DNA of 62,755 nucleotides, filler included, from Porpidia crustulata (taxonomy: Eukaryota): the NCBI GenBank assembly GCA_964255105.1. It is 5 parts of 5 records of this genome, joined end to end, with 100 filler letters (N's around TTAATTAATTAA, not from the genome) between each part and the next. Parts side by side here need not be neighbours in the genome. Positions count along the whole stretch, not along the records: positions 25,153 to 37,624 come from CAXUWE010000532.1; positions 37,725 to 50,194 come from CAXUWE010000533.1; 3 more parts are not named here. One strand, given 5' to 3'. The translations under genes were made by a program, and so were the position numbers. This document shows, piece by piece, positions 37,239 to 49,675 of the stretch; position 1 is the first letter of the stretch, and each line of letters opens with the position of its first letter. The notes beneath the pieces were generated by a model. The model worked only from the letters and a program-made list of their open reading frames with translations. It had not been told where the DNA came from and did no database searches.

Positions 37239-37375
37239 ATCTACTCGTACTCACCCCTAGTTCGGCCACGCTCGCTTGACGTCGATTGTATAACCCTAAC
37301 CCTTAGTATGATGGCCGAACTAGGAGTGTAGCCGAACTAGGAATGTAGTCGAACTAGGGGTGAGTATGGGTACGT
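37239..37375. mobile_element. MITE-like element with ~28-bp TIRs (possibly pogo/Fot1-derived)
   Basis: Left ATCTACTCGTACTCACCCCTAGTTCGGC versus right (reverse complement) ACGTACCCATACTCACCCCTAGTTCGAC. Three tandem (C/T)CGAACTAGG units at the right end. Internal TAACCCTAACCCT. Confidence 0.65.
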
Positions 37376-37452
37376 GTTACTCGTCTAAATGCAGTATCGT
37401 ATACTCTTGTCATGTTAGACCCGCCCGAACCCTGTTCTTATAGCTACGCGGG

Positions 37453-37600
37453 TAGTGTGTAACTACAGGCACGCTCTGTAGGATCTGTCTACAGAGCAAG
37501 CAGAGCATGATGTTCTGCCCGCTCTGGTAACAGAGCAACCAGAGCAAGAGTTGCTCTGGGCGCTCTGTTCACAGAGCAACAGGAGCATAGGCTCTTGGCA
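37453..37600. repeat. Array of direct and inverted CAGAGC(A)/GCTCTG motifs; possible subterminal repeats of a DNA transposon end
   Basis: Several CAGAGCA and GCTCTG copies within 150 bp, immediately before the contig break. Confidence 0.45.
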
Positions 37601-37624
37601 CGATTCTCCTATGTCTATATAATG

Positions 37625-37724
37625 NNNNNNNNNNNNNNNNNNNNNNNNNNNNNNNNNNNNNNNNNNNNTTAATTAATTAANNNNNNNNNNNNNNNNNNNN
37701 NNNNNNNNNNNNNNNNNNNNNNNN
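37625..37724. other. Artificial contig linker
   Basis: N44-TTAATTAATTAA-N44. Confidence 0.98.
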
Positions 37725-38290
37725 ATTGTTTGGTGTGTGAGAGGAACACTCCGTCTCTTCGATAATGTTCGCTAATGACGTCTTCCGCCCCCACAGCGAA
37801 AACAATTAGTTCAGTATTGATCAAGATATCAAAGTTTTCCAAATCAGTAGCATCTGCGACTTCTCCGAGATCGAGCCAAGAACAACAACATGTGAGCAGG
37901 ATCACAAGCATATCGAATCCGATTTCAACCGCAAGTCATTATCCATATTGGAAGGCTACCTACAAAAGGAACCGACCTTCCATTAAGCGTCTTTGAGCGA
38001 CGCTCAACCCCTTGTTATCTTCGAGGTCGCTGCTCTTTCGCTGTCACTGGTTGACGATAAAGTATCGTTCATCAAAGGGAACAAAAACACTACTGAAAAA
38101 AAATGAATGTCCTCCCCGAAAACAGCATTGACAGGGAATTTCCTGCCGAGGTAAAGGCAGGATACCACGATCTTAGATATGATGAGGAAAGGGTGGTCGG
38201 CAGGTTCCTACGGCTGTTACCGCTCAATTAGCTTCGAAATCTTGTGTGTTGTACAAAGATTTGGAGGGGGAGTGTACCTCAGGCATCGTT

Positions 38291-39373
38291 CTATTGACGG
38301 CTGTACTTCCCAAAGAGCTCATCATCCGCAGCTTCTTGCTCAGCATAATCTTCGTACATGCCATCATGGTGCGCCAGAGGCTCCGAAGCACTGGCGGCAT
38401 CTCGTTGGGTCAACAGCGCCAATGCGGTCTCAGCGGTGTCGGCAAGGGACTCTTGCTTGACGTTGGCGGACTTGGCACGCTGCTGCTTAGGACGCTGCTC
38501 CGTGGCCTGCTTCACGGTTGCATCGTCATGAGTCCGGTTGCGAATGTCAGCCTTGTCATCCGCATCGAGTATATTGCGTTGTAAATTCTTCGATGAGTCA
38601 ATAGCGGCGGCGAATGCTGGATTGGAGGCTGCCTGGTCCACGTTATCCGCACTATCAAAAGCCCCCCCAATATCAGGATCACCTTTTTTGGAGCGCTTGG
38701 TTGATGTCATGCTCGACTCTGTCTTTGCTTTTGCTGGACGGCCACGTTTTTTCGGGGTAGGAGGCACGGACACTTTGCCTTCCTCCTCCTCGAATTTGAC
38801 TGTGTTCTTTGGCTCAAGTTTACGATTTTCGGCGGCCACAAAAGCAATAGCAGCATCAGAATACGGAGTGAGCGTCCGATTTTCAGGATCGATTGAGTCC
38901 GGAGAGGGAGCTGTTCCACGCTCGATAGCACTAGCAAAAGGGGACTTATCCTTAGCCTTTTTGCTGCTTGTCGGGATTTTAGTTGCGGCCTTCTTCTTAG
39001 GAGTGCCGGAAGAAGCAACAATGTCAGTGCCGGTGGATTGAGCAAGCTTCTTCTTGAGAGGGGCGAAGGACGCTCTAGCCGAAGCCACGCTGCCGTAGCC
39101 AGCAAGAGCCGCAAATTTTTCATAATCAATCTAGAAGATGAAATAAGCTTGCAGTCAACTAAAAATATACATCTAACAGTGATCAACTGAAAGGAAATTC
39201 AAAGATGCATGTAAAGAACGAAGTGAAAGGGAAAGCTTGGTGAGTGGGCTAAGGGGAGGCTTCGCGAAGAGGCAATGATTAAAGCTCACCTGAGGTTCTT
39301 TGATAGACTGAAAAGCCATGATAGCGAGCTCACGGTCACGCTCCGTCAACAACACTGGGGATTGGTCAGACAT
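38291..39373 (-). CDS. Fungal chromatin-type protein with N-terminal helical/Myb-like domain and AT-hook
   Basis: Exon 1 39373-39290 (MSDQSPVLLTERDRELAIMAFQSIKEPQ), intron 39289-39131, exon 2 IDYEKFAALAGYGSVASARASFAPLKKKL...TPKKRGRPAK...acidic tail. Confidence 0.75.
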
Positions 39374-39918
39374 ATTGAGTGATCGCACAAAAGAGTATCT
39401 AAACAATCAGATCGATTAAATTGAATTTGAAGTAGAGTTTGCTCATTCGTGGAGGTGTAGTCGGCAGTTCGTTGGCAGGTGTAATATTTCAAAGTAGTAT
39501 CGGAAAGTGGATGTGTTCACGGAGCTAGCGTGTGTGTAGAACTCCTGATTCGGGACAACACCAGCCGCTTTCACAACCTATGAGGATGATGCTTAGCACT
39601 GGAACTTTACCATACACCTCCTCTTGATTCGAGAATGAAGCTTAAGGACCGATGAGCATTGCACCATTGTCGTAGTATCTCTATTATCAATGATAAAAAC
39701 CAAAGTGCCCTCCAGATATCGAAGTAATACCCTAAAGGGCCTAAAGGAGAGAACAAAATGTTCCTTCTCAATCACGCCTGGCAAGTCTTGGCGCTCTCGC
39801 AGAGCCTTATCCCTTGGCCGAAAGTAATTCATCAAGACAATAGACTTCGAGTATCTGCTGATCGTATTCGCTTCAGTTGTAACTCTCAGTTCTGTGGCTT
39901 ATATCAAATAATGTAGTT

Positions 39919-40724
39919 TTAGACTTTAGGAATCCTATCGAATATCATCCGCCATACTGAGGCTTCACGGCTCTTTCCACGCTCTTTACCCACATAGAAT
40001 TCCATTCGTGGCTTCGGCATCCACCAAGGTCTTTCCAGATTGGGCTGAAGAGGCTTTTCTGTTCTGACCAGGTTTGCGACACTGAAATTTGTCTTGATCT
40101 TCCTCAAATCACTAAGAGGCATACGGGAGACACTTGGACGACCGTAGAATCGCATGGTAGTTAGATCAATCTCAGTCGAGGGAGACACTCTCTTTGCCCA
40201 TCTGAGCAATTGTTCTCTCGAGCGACGAGCAAAGATAGGTAATCGAACGTGCACATAGCTCACAAACGGGGCACTGAAATACGTGACATATAACATTGGA
40301 ACTGCTCCACAAGCGATGGCTGGCCCACGCATTAGCTGCGGAGGTTAATGGATTTATATCTTTGCATACCTGCAGGGGCAGCCCAGATGGGTTGGTCTTG
40401 GGCACTGTAATAGGTAGGAGCAACAAGGAGACACGAGAATGAGAAGAGGAAAATTGTAGTGAGCTTCAAGCAGCCAATGAAGACAATCCGACCGGTACCA
40501 GCATGGTACACCAAAAGTCGTTCCGGATAAGCTTATACATGCAGTGAGCCAAGGGCCCTTCTGTGATCTGAACAAAGGCTTCTACCTGATTTGGTTGCAG
40601 TTGGGACAATGGAGGCAGATACGCGGCTTATCGGCCGGAGCTTGGCAGCTTGAAAAGCTCTATTCAAACAGCTTCTTCCGAACCATGGACATCCTGATCG
40701 CCAGAGGTATCTTCGAAAAATCAT
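39919..40724 (-). CDS. Conserved fungal putative mitochondrial membrane protein
   Basis: Three exons. Arg-rich presequence-like N-terminus, YPERLLVYHAGTGRIVFIGCLKLTTIFLF, two hydrophobic segments, APFVSYVHVRLPIFARRSRE. Confidence 0.75.
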
Positions 40725-41021
40725 CGACGTCTTGACTTTGTTCTTAAAAGGCCTAGGAAGAAGTAGAGTTGTAATATAATATCTGGATCGCTGAGAGGTT
40801 AAGGTCGAGGTCGGACTTTGAAGGTTGAAGAAACCGACTGATCGACAGCAGGGATCTTGGAATCTGATTGCTTAGGCGAGATATGCGATGGCTGTTGCAA
40901 CATCCCCTTTCCCACGTATTCCAGTATCTTCGACCATTGAGCTTCATGACTCTTGGTCGCGCCAGTCTTTTCTGTTGGCAGTGCAAGGCAGAATCTGGTC
41001 AAGAGCTGTAAGACGAGTCAA

Positions 41022-42242
41022 ATGGCTAAAGTACTGTCCATTGTTTACATACTACGGCTCATACTGTTTGCCTGCTACACAAAAGCTTACACACTTCTTT
41101 CTGATGGAAGCCTAATAGCTCTTCCTGAATCTGGAGATGACTTCGACATAAACAATGGGAAATTGCTTGCTCCAATCTTACGCCCTCGAGTTCCTGGCTC
41201 ACCGGGCTCCACTTATGTACTCAATCACTTTGTGGACTTCTTCAAAACCATTCTACCAAAATGGGACATAGCCTTTCAAAATTCGACTTCTAAAACCCCA
41301 GCAACTGGCGACAAGGATATCCCGTTCACTAACCTAATAGTCTCCCGCGACCCTCCATGGACAACTCCTGGAGAGGTGGGTCGTTTGACGTTGGTAGCTC
41401 ATTATGACAGCAAACTTAGCCCAGCTGGGTTCATTGGAGCCACAGATAGTGCTGCGCCGTGTGCTATCCTCATGCACGCCGCCAGGAGCGTAGACTCTGC
41501 TCTGACGAAGAAGTGGGAACACATGCAGGCGGAAGGCGTGGGAGACGGTGGATTTCTCGGGATTGAAGACCAGAAAGGCCTTCAAATTATCTTCATGGAC
41601 GGCGAGGAAGCATTTTTAAACTGGGATCATCACGACTCTATCTATGGCGCCAAAGCTTTGGCCTCTGAATTAGAGGCTACCCCCCATCCCGCTATGTCGA
41701 CCTACCATAACGCTCTCTCATCAATCTCTTTATTTCTACTGCTGGACTTGCTTGGTGAAAAGAATCCAAATGTCCCGTCGTGGTTCAAAACAACCCATTG
41801 GGCGTACCGCAGCATGGCAACTCTAGAGAATCGACTTCGCTCTCACTCCCTGTTTCTCTCATCCACGGAGCACCCCAAAAGCGGCATTATTCATCGGAGG
41901 AACAAGAGAGCTGACTCGCTGTTCCTACCGCAAGCAGAAAAGGGCGAGACGGAATGGCTCGAGGTCAAAATGGAAGACGATCATCTGCCCTTCATGGAAA
42001 GAGGAGTTGAGATTTTGCACATAATACCTTATCCTTTCCCAAGAGTGTGGCATAATATGGACGATGATGGGGAACATTTGGATTTGGATACTGTAAAGGA
42101 TTGGGCTACTCTTACGACTGCATTCATTGGAGAGTGGATGGATCTGGAAGGATTCTTTGAAAACAAGATTTTAGAAGGATCCCACAACAGAGATCTGAAC
42201 AAGAATATGGATCAGGTGGCCACTAGTAAAACAGAGTTGTGA
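41022..42242 (+). CDS. Glutaminyl-peptide cyclotransferase (peptidase M28 fold), secretory pathway
   Basis: Signal peptide MAKVLSIVYILRLILFACYTKA; PRVPGSPG, VAHYDSK, FIGATDSAAPCA, DGEEAF, LLDLLG, EDDHLPF, VWHNMDD; C-terminal KTEL. Confidence 0.92.
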   Translation: MAKVLSIVYILRLILFACYTKAYTLLSDGSLIALPESGDDFDINNGKLLAPILRPRVPGSPGSTYVLNHFVDFFKTILPKWDIAFQNSTSKTPATGDKDIPFTNLIVSRDPPWTTPGEVGRLTLVAHYDSKLSPAGFIGATDSAAPCAILMHAARSVDSALTKKWEHMQAEGVGDGGFLGIEDQKGLQIIFMDGEEAFLNWDHHDSIYGAKALASELEATPHPAMSTYHNALSSISLFLLLDLLGEKNPNVPSWFKTTHWAYRSMATLENRLRSHSLFLSSTEHPKSGIIHRRNKRADSLFLPQAEKGETEWLEVKMEDDHLPFMERGVEILHIIPYPFPRVWHNMDDDGEHLDLDTVKDWATLTTAFIGEWMDLEGFFENKILEGSHNRDLNKNMDQVATSKTEL

Positions 42243-43200
42243 GTGCGTCTATTGTTGCTCTGGAAAGGGACTGGATCAATGCTTACTTTTCAAAAGCTTT
42301 TGAACCCCTTACTCAAACAACGAGTCTACAGGATTGTATCAGAAAGCACGCTGAGCCGTGGGGTCGCTTCGCAGACCTAAGTATCGACAGCACGTCTGGT
42401 TCTGTGAGGTTTATAAACTACACATCCCGGTCCCAAGCTCTAGTGTTGCTTTAGGACAGACGGACACCTCCGAGTTCCCTTTCAAGCTGCCCCCTGATCA
42501 ATGATCCCTACTGGCGACTTAAGGAGGAACTTCAAAGAAAGAGGCCCGTTGTTTGATCACGGCGTCAAAACGATCGTGCTCTATGGAAAATTACCCACCT
42601 CCGGTAACCTCGACGTACCAGTAAATGTTACGTTGATCCGTTGAAGACTTGGTCGGTCATTCATCAGCAAACTTATGGAGCCCATCATCCACAGGCTACT
42701 TCCACTTCGTCTACGGCACCATAAAGCCAAGAATAAGGGGATGACCGAGATAGTAGAGGTACAAGATGCCTTCTTACCTGTTCAGGGAACATATTTGTGG
42801 AGCTAAAGGACCCGTTTCCAGATTTTAAATGCCCTGGAAGGACTTGAAAGGGGGTTATTGGAATGAGAATTTCGCTTTTCTGTTGGTGAGCGAACATACT
42901 TAGATACATCATTATCTATATCGTTCTTTACAACCCAACATTAATTATTACTCCCACGCTGAACATTTCTCATAAGCTATCCCCTCCCCGAAAGCACGGG
43001 AACTCACCGGCATTGAGAATTGTCTTTTTTCTGGTACTTCTTGGAACCAACCACTGCAGCTGGGAGTAGAGAATTGTTTCAAGTTATGAAAGGGGTCTGT
43101 AGACGATGAAGAAAAGGGCATGGATAATATCAGTTCAGTCCTATTAGCAAGTACTGCCCGTCCTGTAATAATGAGTATATAAAACCCTACATATTTAGAG

Positions 43201-43208
43201 TGACGTCA
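43201..43208. promoter_or_regulatory. CRE/ATF-type palindrome TGACGTCA upstream of SSADH
   Basis: Perfect palindrome ~180 bp upstream of the first ATG. Confidence 0.35.
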
Positions 43209-43379
43209 GGGTTTGCATTAGTAATACATGACCTTCACGTTCCATGCCTCAATTGCCGATGTGTGATGGTCCGCACAGGCCATTAACCCGCCATCGAATG
43301 CCCGCTTTCTGGTGGGGCATGAAGCTGCCATCGATGGCCTAGAGTGAATCCAGTGACTTTCCTCTTTCTGCTTTCTACA

Positions 43380-45222
43380 ATGCGAATCATCTTCCTTCCA
43401 TGTAGGACAGTATTCAAACCACGGTTCCAACCAAGCACTTTACCAAGAATCATATCCAGAGCCTACGCGATGCCGGCCCACAGTGTACCAAAGGTAAGAC
43501 TATGTACTTTTCCTTAGCCTTATCTTAAATGGGCGTTGTCTGTATTTACGTATCATCACCTCCGCATGCTCACAAACGGTGTTAGCTCAACGACCCATCC
43601 TTGTTCAAGCAAGACTCATGCTATGTCAATGGAGAGTGGATCAAAGCGAGTTCCGGAAAGACATTCGAAGTCACAGGTATGACCTGCAAGGTTCAAGGCA
43701 AGATCAGACATTCATAAAGTGAACCGCAGATCCATCGACGAGCAAGCTCATGGGCACATGCCCTGAGTGCTCGAAAGAAGATGTAGAAAATGCTATCAAG
43801 GTCGCTGCTGCGGCTTTCCCAGCCTTCCGCAAAACAACCGCTCGAGAACGATCACGTATGCTCAGAAAATGGTATCAATTGATGATGGACAACCAAGAAG
43901 ATCTGGCAAAGCTTATAACATGGGAGAACGGTAAGCCTATGGCCGACGCAAAAGGCGAGGTTGCATACGCTGCCGGCTTTTTCGAATGGTTCAGTGAAGA
44001 GGCTCCGAGAGCGGATGGAGATACCATTAGTGCTTCTGTTGCCGGTAACAGAGTCTTCACAATCAAGGAACCTATCGGCGTTTGTGGCCTCATTACTCCG
44101 TGAGTGTGACTCGTCCACGTCAGTGACACTACTGATTAGTTTACGCAGATGGAACTTTCCTGCGGCTATGATTACTCGAAAAGTCGGCCCTGCACTCGCA
44201 GCAGGATGTACGGTGGTAGCCAAATCGCCTGGTGAAACCCCTTTCACATCTCTCGCCATTGCTGAGCTGGCTCACCGTGCTGGCATACCCAAAGGTGTCG
44301 TAAACATTGTCAGCGCTTTGAAGAACACGGCAGAGGTCGGGGAAGCAATCACATCAAGTCCGACTGTTCGTAAAGTGTCATTCACTGGATCGACGGGTGT
44401 TGGAAAGCTGTTGATGAGGCAGTCTGCAGATACCCTGAAGAAGCTCTCATTTGAACTCGGTGGAAATGCACCATTCATCGTTTTCGACGACGCCGATCTT
44501 GATGTTGCGGTTGCTGGAGCTATAGCCAGCAAGTTCCGAAGTTCAGGACAGACTTGTGTCTGCGCAAATCGAATTTTCGTCCAGAAGGGCATTTACGACA
44601 ATTTTGCCGACAAGTTTGCGGAGAAGGTTAAGGAGTTTAAGGTTGGCGGCGGCTACGAAGAAGGAGTCACCCATGGCCCGCTAATTCATGACCGCGCCAT
44701 TGACAAAGTCGAAGCTCATGTTCGAGACGCAGAGAAGAAAGGGGGGAAAGTTATAGTAGGGGGGCACAAGCTACCAGACATGGGACCCAACTTCTTCGAG
44801 CCTACCGTAATCACTGGCATGAAGATGGATATGCAGCTGGCATCGGAAGAGACCTTTGGGCCCGTCGCCGGTCTCTTTCCCTTCTCGACTGAGAAAGAGG
44901 TAGTGGATATGGCCAACACGGCCGATGTTGGCCTGGCTGGCTACTTCTTCAGCAAGGATGTGCATCGCATCTACAGGGTTGCCGAGGCTCTTGAAGTTGG
45001 TATGGTCGGAGTCAACACCGGCCTGATCAGTGATCCTGCAGCACCGTGAGTGCCTTGCTTTTTCGCTCGGTCCTACATTTTTGCTGATTTGTTGTTCGCA
45101 GATTCGGAGGAGTCAAGCTGAGCGGGTTCGGTCGAGAGGGTAGCAAATACGGTATGTCAGAGTACCAGATCACGAAGATGGTCACACTCGGAGGTATGGG
45201 GCAGCCACTCCAGGGCTCTTAG
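43380..45222 (+). CDS. UGA2: Succinate-semialdehyde dehydrogenase (NAD(P)+), GABA shunt
   Basis: Five exons; [66 protein letters not shown]. Second in-frame ATG at 43470. Confidence 0.95.
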
Positions 45223-45747
45223 ACCAACCATGTAAATTCAATGTACATATCCAGCCATCTACTAGCGGACACGTTGCCACATGTGAGTGATCACTTGGTG
45301 ATCCTCTGCCAATGTGAGCGATATTAAAGTGTAGCAATTGAGGAGCTTACCTCTATCTTACTTACGCCCCTCGACTGCTTTTTGACTGTAGCTACCTTGC
45401 TTATGCAAAACCAAGCGAGATCATATTTACGATATCGAACGAGCTGTATAGCAAGCAACAGGTAGGTGCGATAAGGTATTGGATGCCTTTCCCCTTTACT
45501 TGAGACGTCCAGGGGGTACGTGGCATGTGAAAGTTTCCATAGTATACAGTAGCGCCAATGTAGGGGTGCGCTTGCGGTCCGGAATTACGCAGTCAAGCAG
45601 TCAATAATTGGACATCCCTGCCGCTATAATGATAGGGATTATCCAAGCTCTAAAAGAGTAGGTATCACACCATTACTTTCCTGAATAAATTCCCAGGCAG
45701 CGTTCAAATGCGGGACATACACTCATGCCCTCACTCACAAAGATGCT

Positions 45748-48700
45748 ATGTCTAGTAACGAGACCCCGAGGTCCTCAAGCTCAAGACCTTCGGCCTCCTC
45801 TGCTTCAAACTCAGAAAGCCAATCAGGCACCACTCGAAACGGTGCATACCAAGACGACGATACAACGACCCAAACATCATGGAGAGCCGATGACGAAATC
45901 CGAGATAGTCCCAGGCGCTTTGCAACCGTGATCGATGCAGAACTGGCAGGGGTCGACCAAAGCTATGAAGTACAGGGAGAGCGAAGGCGGAGACCCAGGA
46001 ACTCGGGTGGATTCCTATTACCATCTGCCACAGTGCAATCTACGAGTGCTGGACCTTCCGGAAATTCTACATATGGAATTGTAGATGGGGCAAAGGGAAA
46101 GAGGAAGGTTCAGGATGAAGATCTCTTAGTCCCGAAAGTTAGGATGAATGGTCGTCGTCACCGCGTAATGCCATCGCTGGGAAGCTCGCCGTTGTCAACG
46201 GAAGTCTACAATGTTGCTCGCCCGAGGGGCTCGGCGGAGACTGGCAGATCTGATCCGGATGCCATTCTGCCACTTCCGTCAGGGACATCAAGAACAAACA
46301 GCAGTCTCCGCTCGGCACTTAGTACAGATTCAGAGATGGAGTCAATTCAAGGAAATCGAGATCAGCATGCAGAATTAAATATGGGGAATGCCTTGGGACA
46401 TGACACAGATCCCATGCAGATTGTCCATCTTGCTCTGAATCTCAGCGAAAACCGCCGAAGGAACTTTAGCGGTGGTCGCCTTTCCCCTCTATATCCTGCT
46501 ACTAGTAGACGTGTTATTTCGTCCCATCAATCAAGCGCTGGTATATCTAGCGGGTTTCCTGTTGTCACTGCTGGTGGGAGTCTGCGACAGCATTTACAAG
46601 ACCAGCGACGCATTTCGAGGAAAATTTCCCCCAGGTCAAGCAAGCTTCCCCGTCACGGCTTCGAATCACCCCTTCATCTGCATGATGCAAATCTAAACCC
46701 CCAATCTCTTACAGCGACTACATACGATGTCAGCCTAGCCGATGGCATGGTTTTTAATCCTACGGAAGCTACCTTGGCACGGGCAGAGAAGGCGAGAATT
46801 GCAATAGAACTATCTTATGAATACAGAAGGCTACTACAGTATCTACCAAGGATACCTGTCCGTCCAGGCAGCAGGTCTATTCCAAGCAAGTCCACGGCGA
46901 AGGCAAGTGCTGAGATGTCCGACATTCTCGGACGAAATTACAACCCCCTACAATATATTCGTAATCGTAGAACGCGGGCGCGGGAGAAGAGAACGCTCGA
47001 TGCTGATGCTGATGGTTGGGGAGACGTTGCTAAAGTCAGGGATTGGGTGAGCGCTGTAGCTAGCGAACGGGAAGCTGGTGTATCCAGGGTCGACGACCGT
47101 TATCCGTTACTGCCTTATGATGTTGTTTCTTCCCATCAAGCTTCGTTGGACTCGGTCCATGCCATGGGTAAGTCGCACTTGACAGGGCAATCAAATAGTA
47201 AATCACGAACACTGCCAGGGAATTGGACCATCACTCCCTGGGATTTGCTCGCTGACGCATATTGGCTACGGCTTGATGAGAATATGAGGCGTATTGAAGA
47301 TTCTGCTGGTAACAAGCCTTTCGAAAGTGCCGCCATACTTAGCGAAGCACGACCAAGGTCAAGCCAAGAAAGTAGGAGAGCGCAGAGACGACCTATGGAA
47401 ACCATAAACAAAAAGTCTTCAGCAGAGAACCTCCAGGCACCGACGGCAGCCGTGCACGAAAGTCCTAAAGAACGGGGTCGTACTCGCAAACACATGCATG
47501 AGCTACAGTCGCCTATGCACAGCCACAATAGTTCTCTTGATCGAAAGAGCCGGTGGACTAGAAACATCATCCGTTCTCGAAGCTCTTCTAACTCCGATTA
47601 TTCTCCGACAGAGCCATTGATCGGACGTGGGCGAAGCCATGTAGGACAAGACGGCTTCGACAGCGCGGCGCTTGAGAAGCAAATGAACGACATTCTTAAA
47701 AAGGAGGCTGAGGAGGATTTGTTGAAGAGGAAAGATAATTCAGATCGAGCTCAAGCAAAGCCAACTGACTACACTCAATCCAATGGTACCGTTCCCCAAC
47801 AAGACAGCCTCAGAACAAAGAAAACAGACAGACAAGCAACAGAAGCGATACCGGGTTCCGCAAGTATAATTCTAGATAAGGTAAAGGATCGGCTGAGCCG
47901 CACGTCTTTTGAGAGTACGCGCGATACTCCAAGTCTCCATGGGTCATCACCCAAGATTGCTATCGACGCAGCGCCACTCAGCGACCCTTCCTCGTCGCCG
48001 AAGAAAAGTTTGCCGTCCCTCCTCGGATCCCTTCGGTCTAGCCGCAGCAAAGACAGGCATGCCATCAGTTACTATGACTTTGCATCTGAATCGATACCAA
48101 CGTTTCATATTTCTGGACAAGAGACTACCGGATTGAAGCCCGACAGCAATGTTCAATTGCACGAGGACGTGACCACTAGAGACGGCCTACTTTCGCCAGA
48201 TTCAGCCGAAACCTCAAACCCCCGATTACGAAACAATGAGAATAACTCACTTCGAAATATAAGGATTGCAAAAGACTCTGATTCAAAATTCAGAGGATTC
48301 CTAAGAGGGGGTAGAATAGCAGAGCTAGTGGGCAATGAGGTTTCGAGGGTCGGAGATTTGTTCTCAAGGAAAGACAGAGACAATCAAAGTTCTCCAATTT
48401 CACCAACAATGTCCAGTTTTGCAACAGAGGATTCTGAATATGATGATGATACAAGCGAAATAGATAGCCCACCAAACGCGCCACTTTCTCGCAAGACCAC
48501 TAATAATGAGGACACGGCAAGGCTCTCCCAGAATTCGACCAATGTCGATGGACCAAAGTATCATATGGACCTTCCAAGCTTTCGCTCTTCTTTTGGTAGA
48601 GGTGAACACTCTGTGGACTCCGGAAAGACTCCATCTGAGCCCGACCATATTACTCGGCAGCAGTTGGAACAACGTCAACGAGGGCGCTCACAAAGGTTTG

Positions 48701-49609
48701 ATCGGCTCGCACCACCTAGGATAGACATGAGGAACGTATCACCATCTGCATCGCCGCCAATGACTCCGTCCCAAACAAAAGAGACGGATATATCGCCTGA
48801 TAATTCTCGTCAAAGTAGTACCAGCCGTTCAGACTACCGCGCGAGAAGTACGGACAGGAGACTCAACAAGGTCCTCGGGGCACCAGGCACCGTAAATAGT
48901 GTACCTGGACCATCTATCTTATCGGGTCTTGATAGCCGCCAGAACGGTCGGAGCCAGCGTCCAGATCTGGGGAAGGGTCGGCAGTGGAGCATCTGCAATC
49001 GTGGCGTTTTCGGTGTGCGTGGAACGGTAACGAAACGCGACATAGCACACGTCAGAGCATTGCTCCTCTCCTCGGGTGTCAAGGCAAATGAGATAGTCCG
49101 TCGCGCACATGCCGTGGGCGAGGCTCCATCATTGTTTTTGAAAGGCCTCCAGGATGTGTCTAGCGGTCCTATCCCTTCTGTGCCGCGACGGCAGGAACAC
49201 CGTTTAGCTGCTCGCATACTCGTCAATAACACTGAGCTCACAAATCAAAAGGTCCAAGACGCGGCGGAAGCTTTCACCCATACCACGGTTGAAAATCTAC
49301 ATCGTCAAATTAAAGCCATCGACGAGCGAGTAACACACAGGCTGACACCGACGGTCCGGAGGGCGGCAGATGACGCTGATGATTTTAGCACGCAGCTTAC
49401 GACTACACACACTCTGGCTGTCAAACAGCTACACGACGCTGTAGATGTCATACTGAGAAGACGTCGACGCAGGCTGAGATGGCTGAGACGGGGAGGCTAT
49501 GTCCTGCTCGAGTGGACCTTACTTGGAATCATGTGGTGGGTTTGGTTTGTCGTTGTAATTATAAGGCTGATCAGGGGGGTGGTGGGTGCTCGGGCGCTCC
49601 CCCCCCCCG

Positions 49610-49640
<31 letters not shown>

Positions 49641-49675
49641 GGGTTTCCGGGATCAGATGGTTTCTTTGGTTGTAA
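45748..49675 (+). CDS. Mtc4-like (maintenance of telomere capping) protein with C-terminal TM segment
   Basis: 1300-aa ORF; GRNYNPLQYIRNRRTR, LLLSSGVKANEI, RRRRRRLRWLRRGGYVLLEWTLLGIMWWVWFVV. The true end is probably GIRWFLWL* at 49675, with a poly-C artefact upstream. Confidence 0.72.

Noticed and set aside
37291..37303. TAACCCTAACCCT as a telomerase RNA template or chromosome end
   Set aside because: Only about two units, enclosed by TIRs of a small element that has a second local copy; no other telomerase RNA features are recognisable.
37313..37362. Repeated CGAACTAGG units as a CRISPR array
   Set aside because: Units are ~17 bp apart with no spacers of CRISPR length, there are no cas genes, and the context is eukaryotic.
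37725..37996. Possible terminal exon of a gene cut by the contig edge (...FSIDQDIKVFQISSICDF...KEPTFH*)
   Set aside because: Frame and family cannot be established from the fragment.
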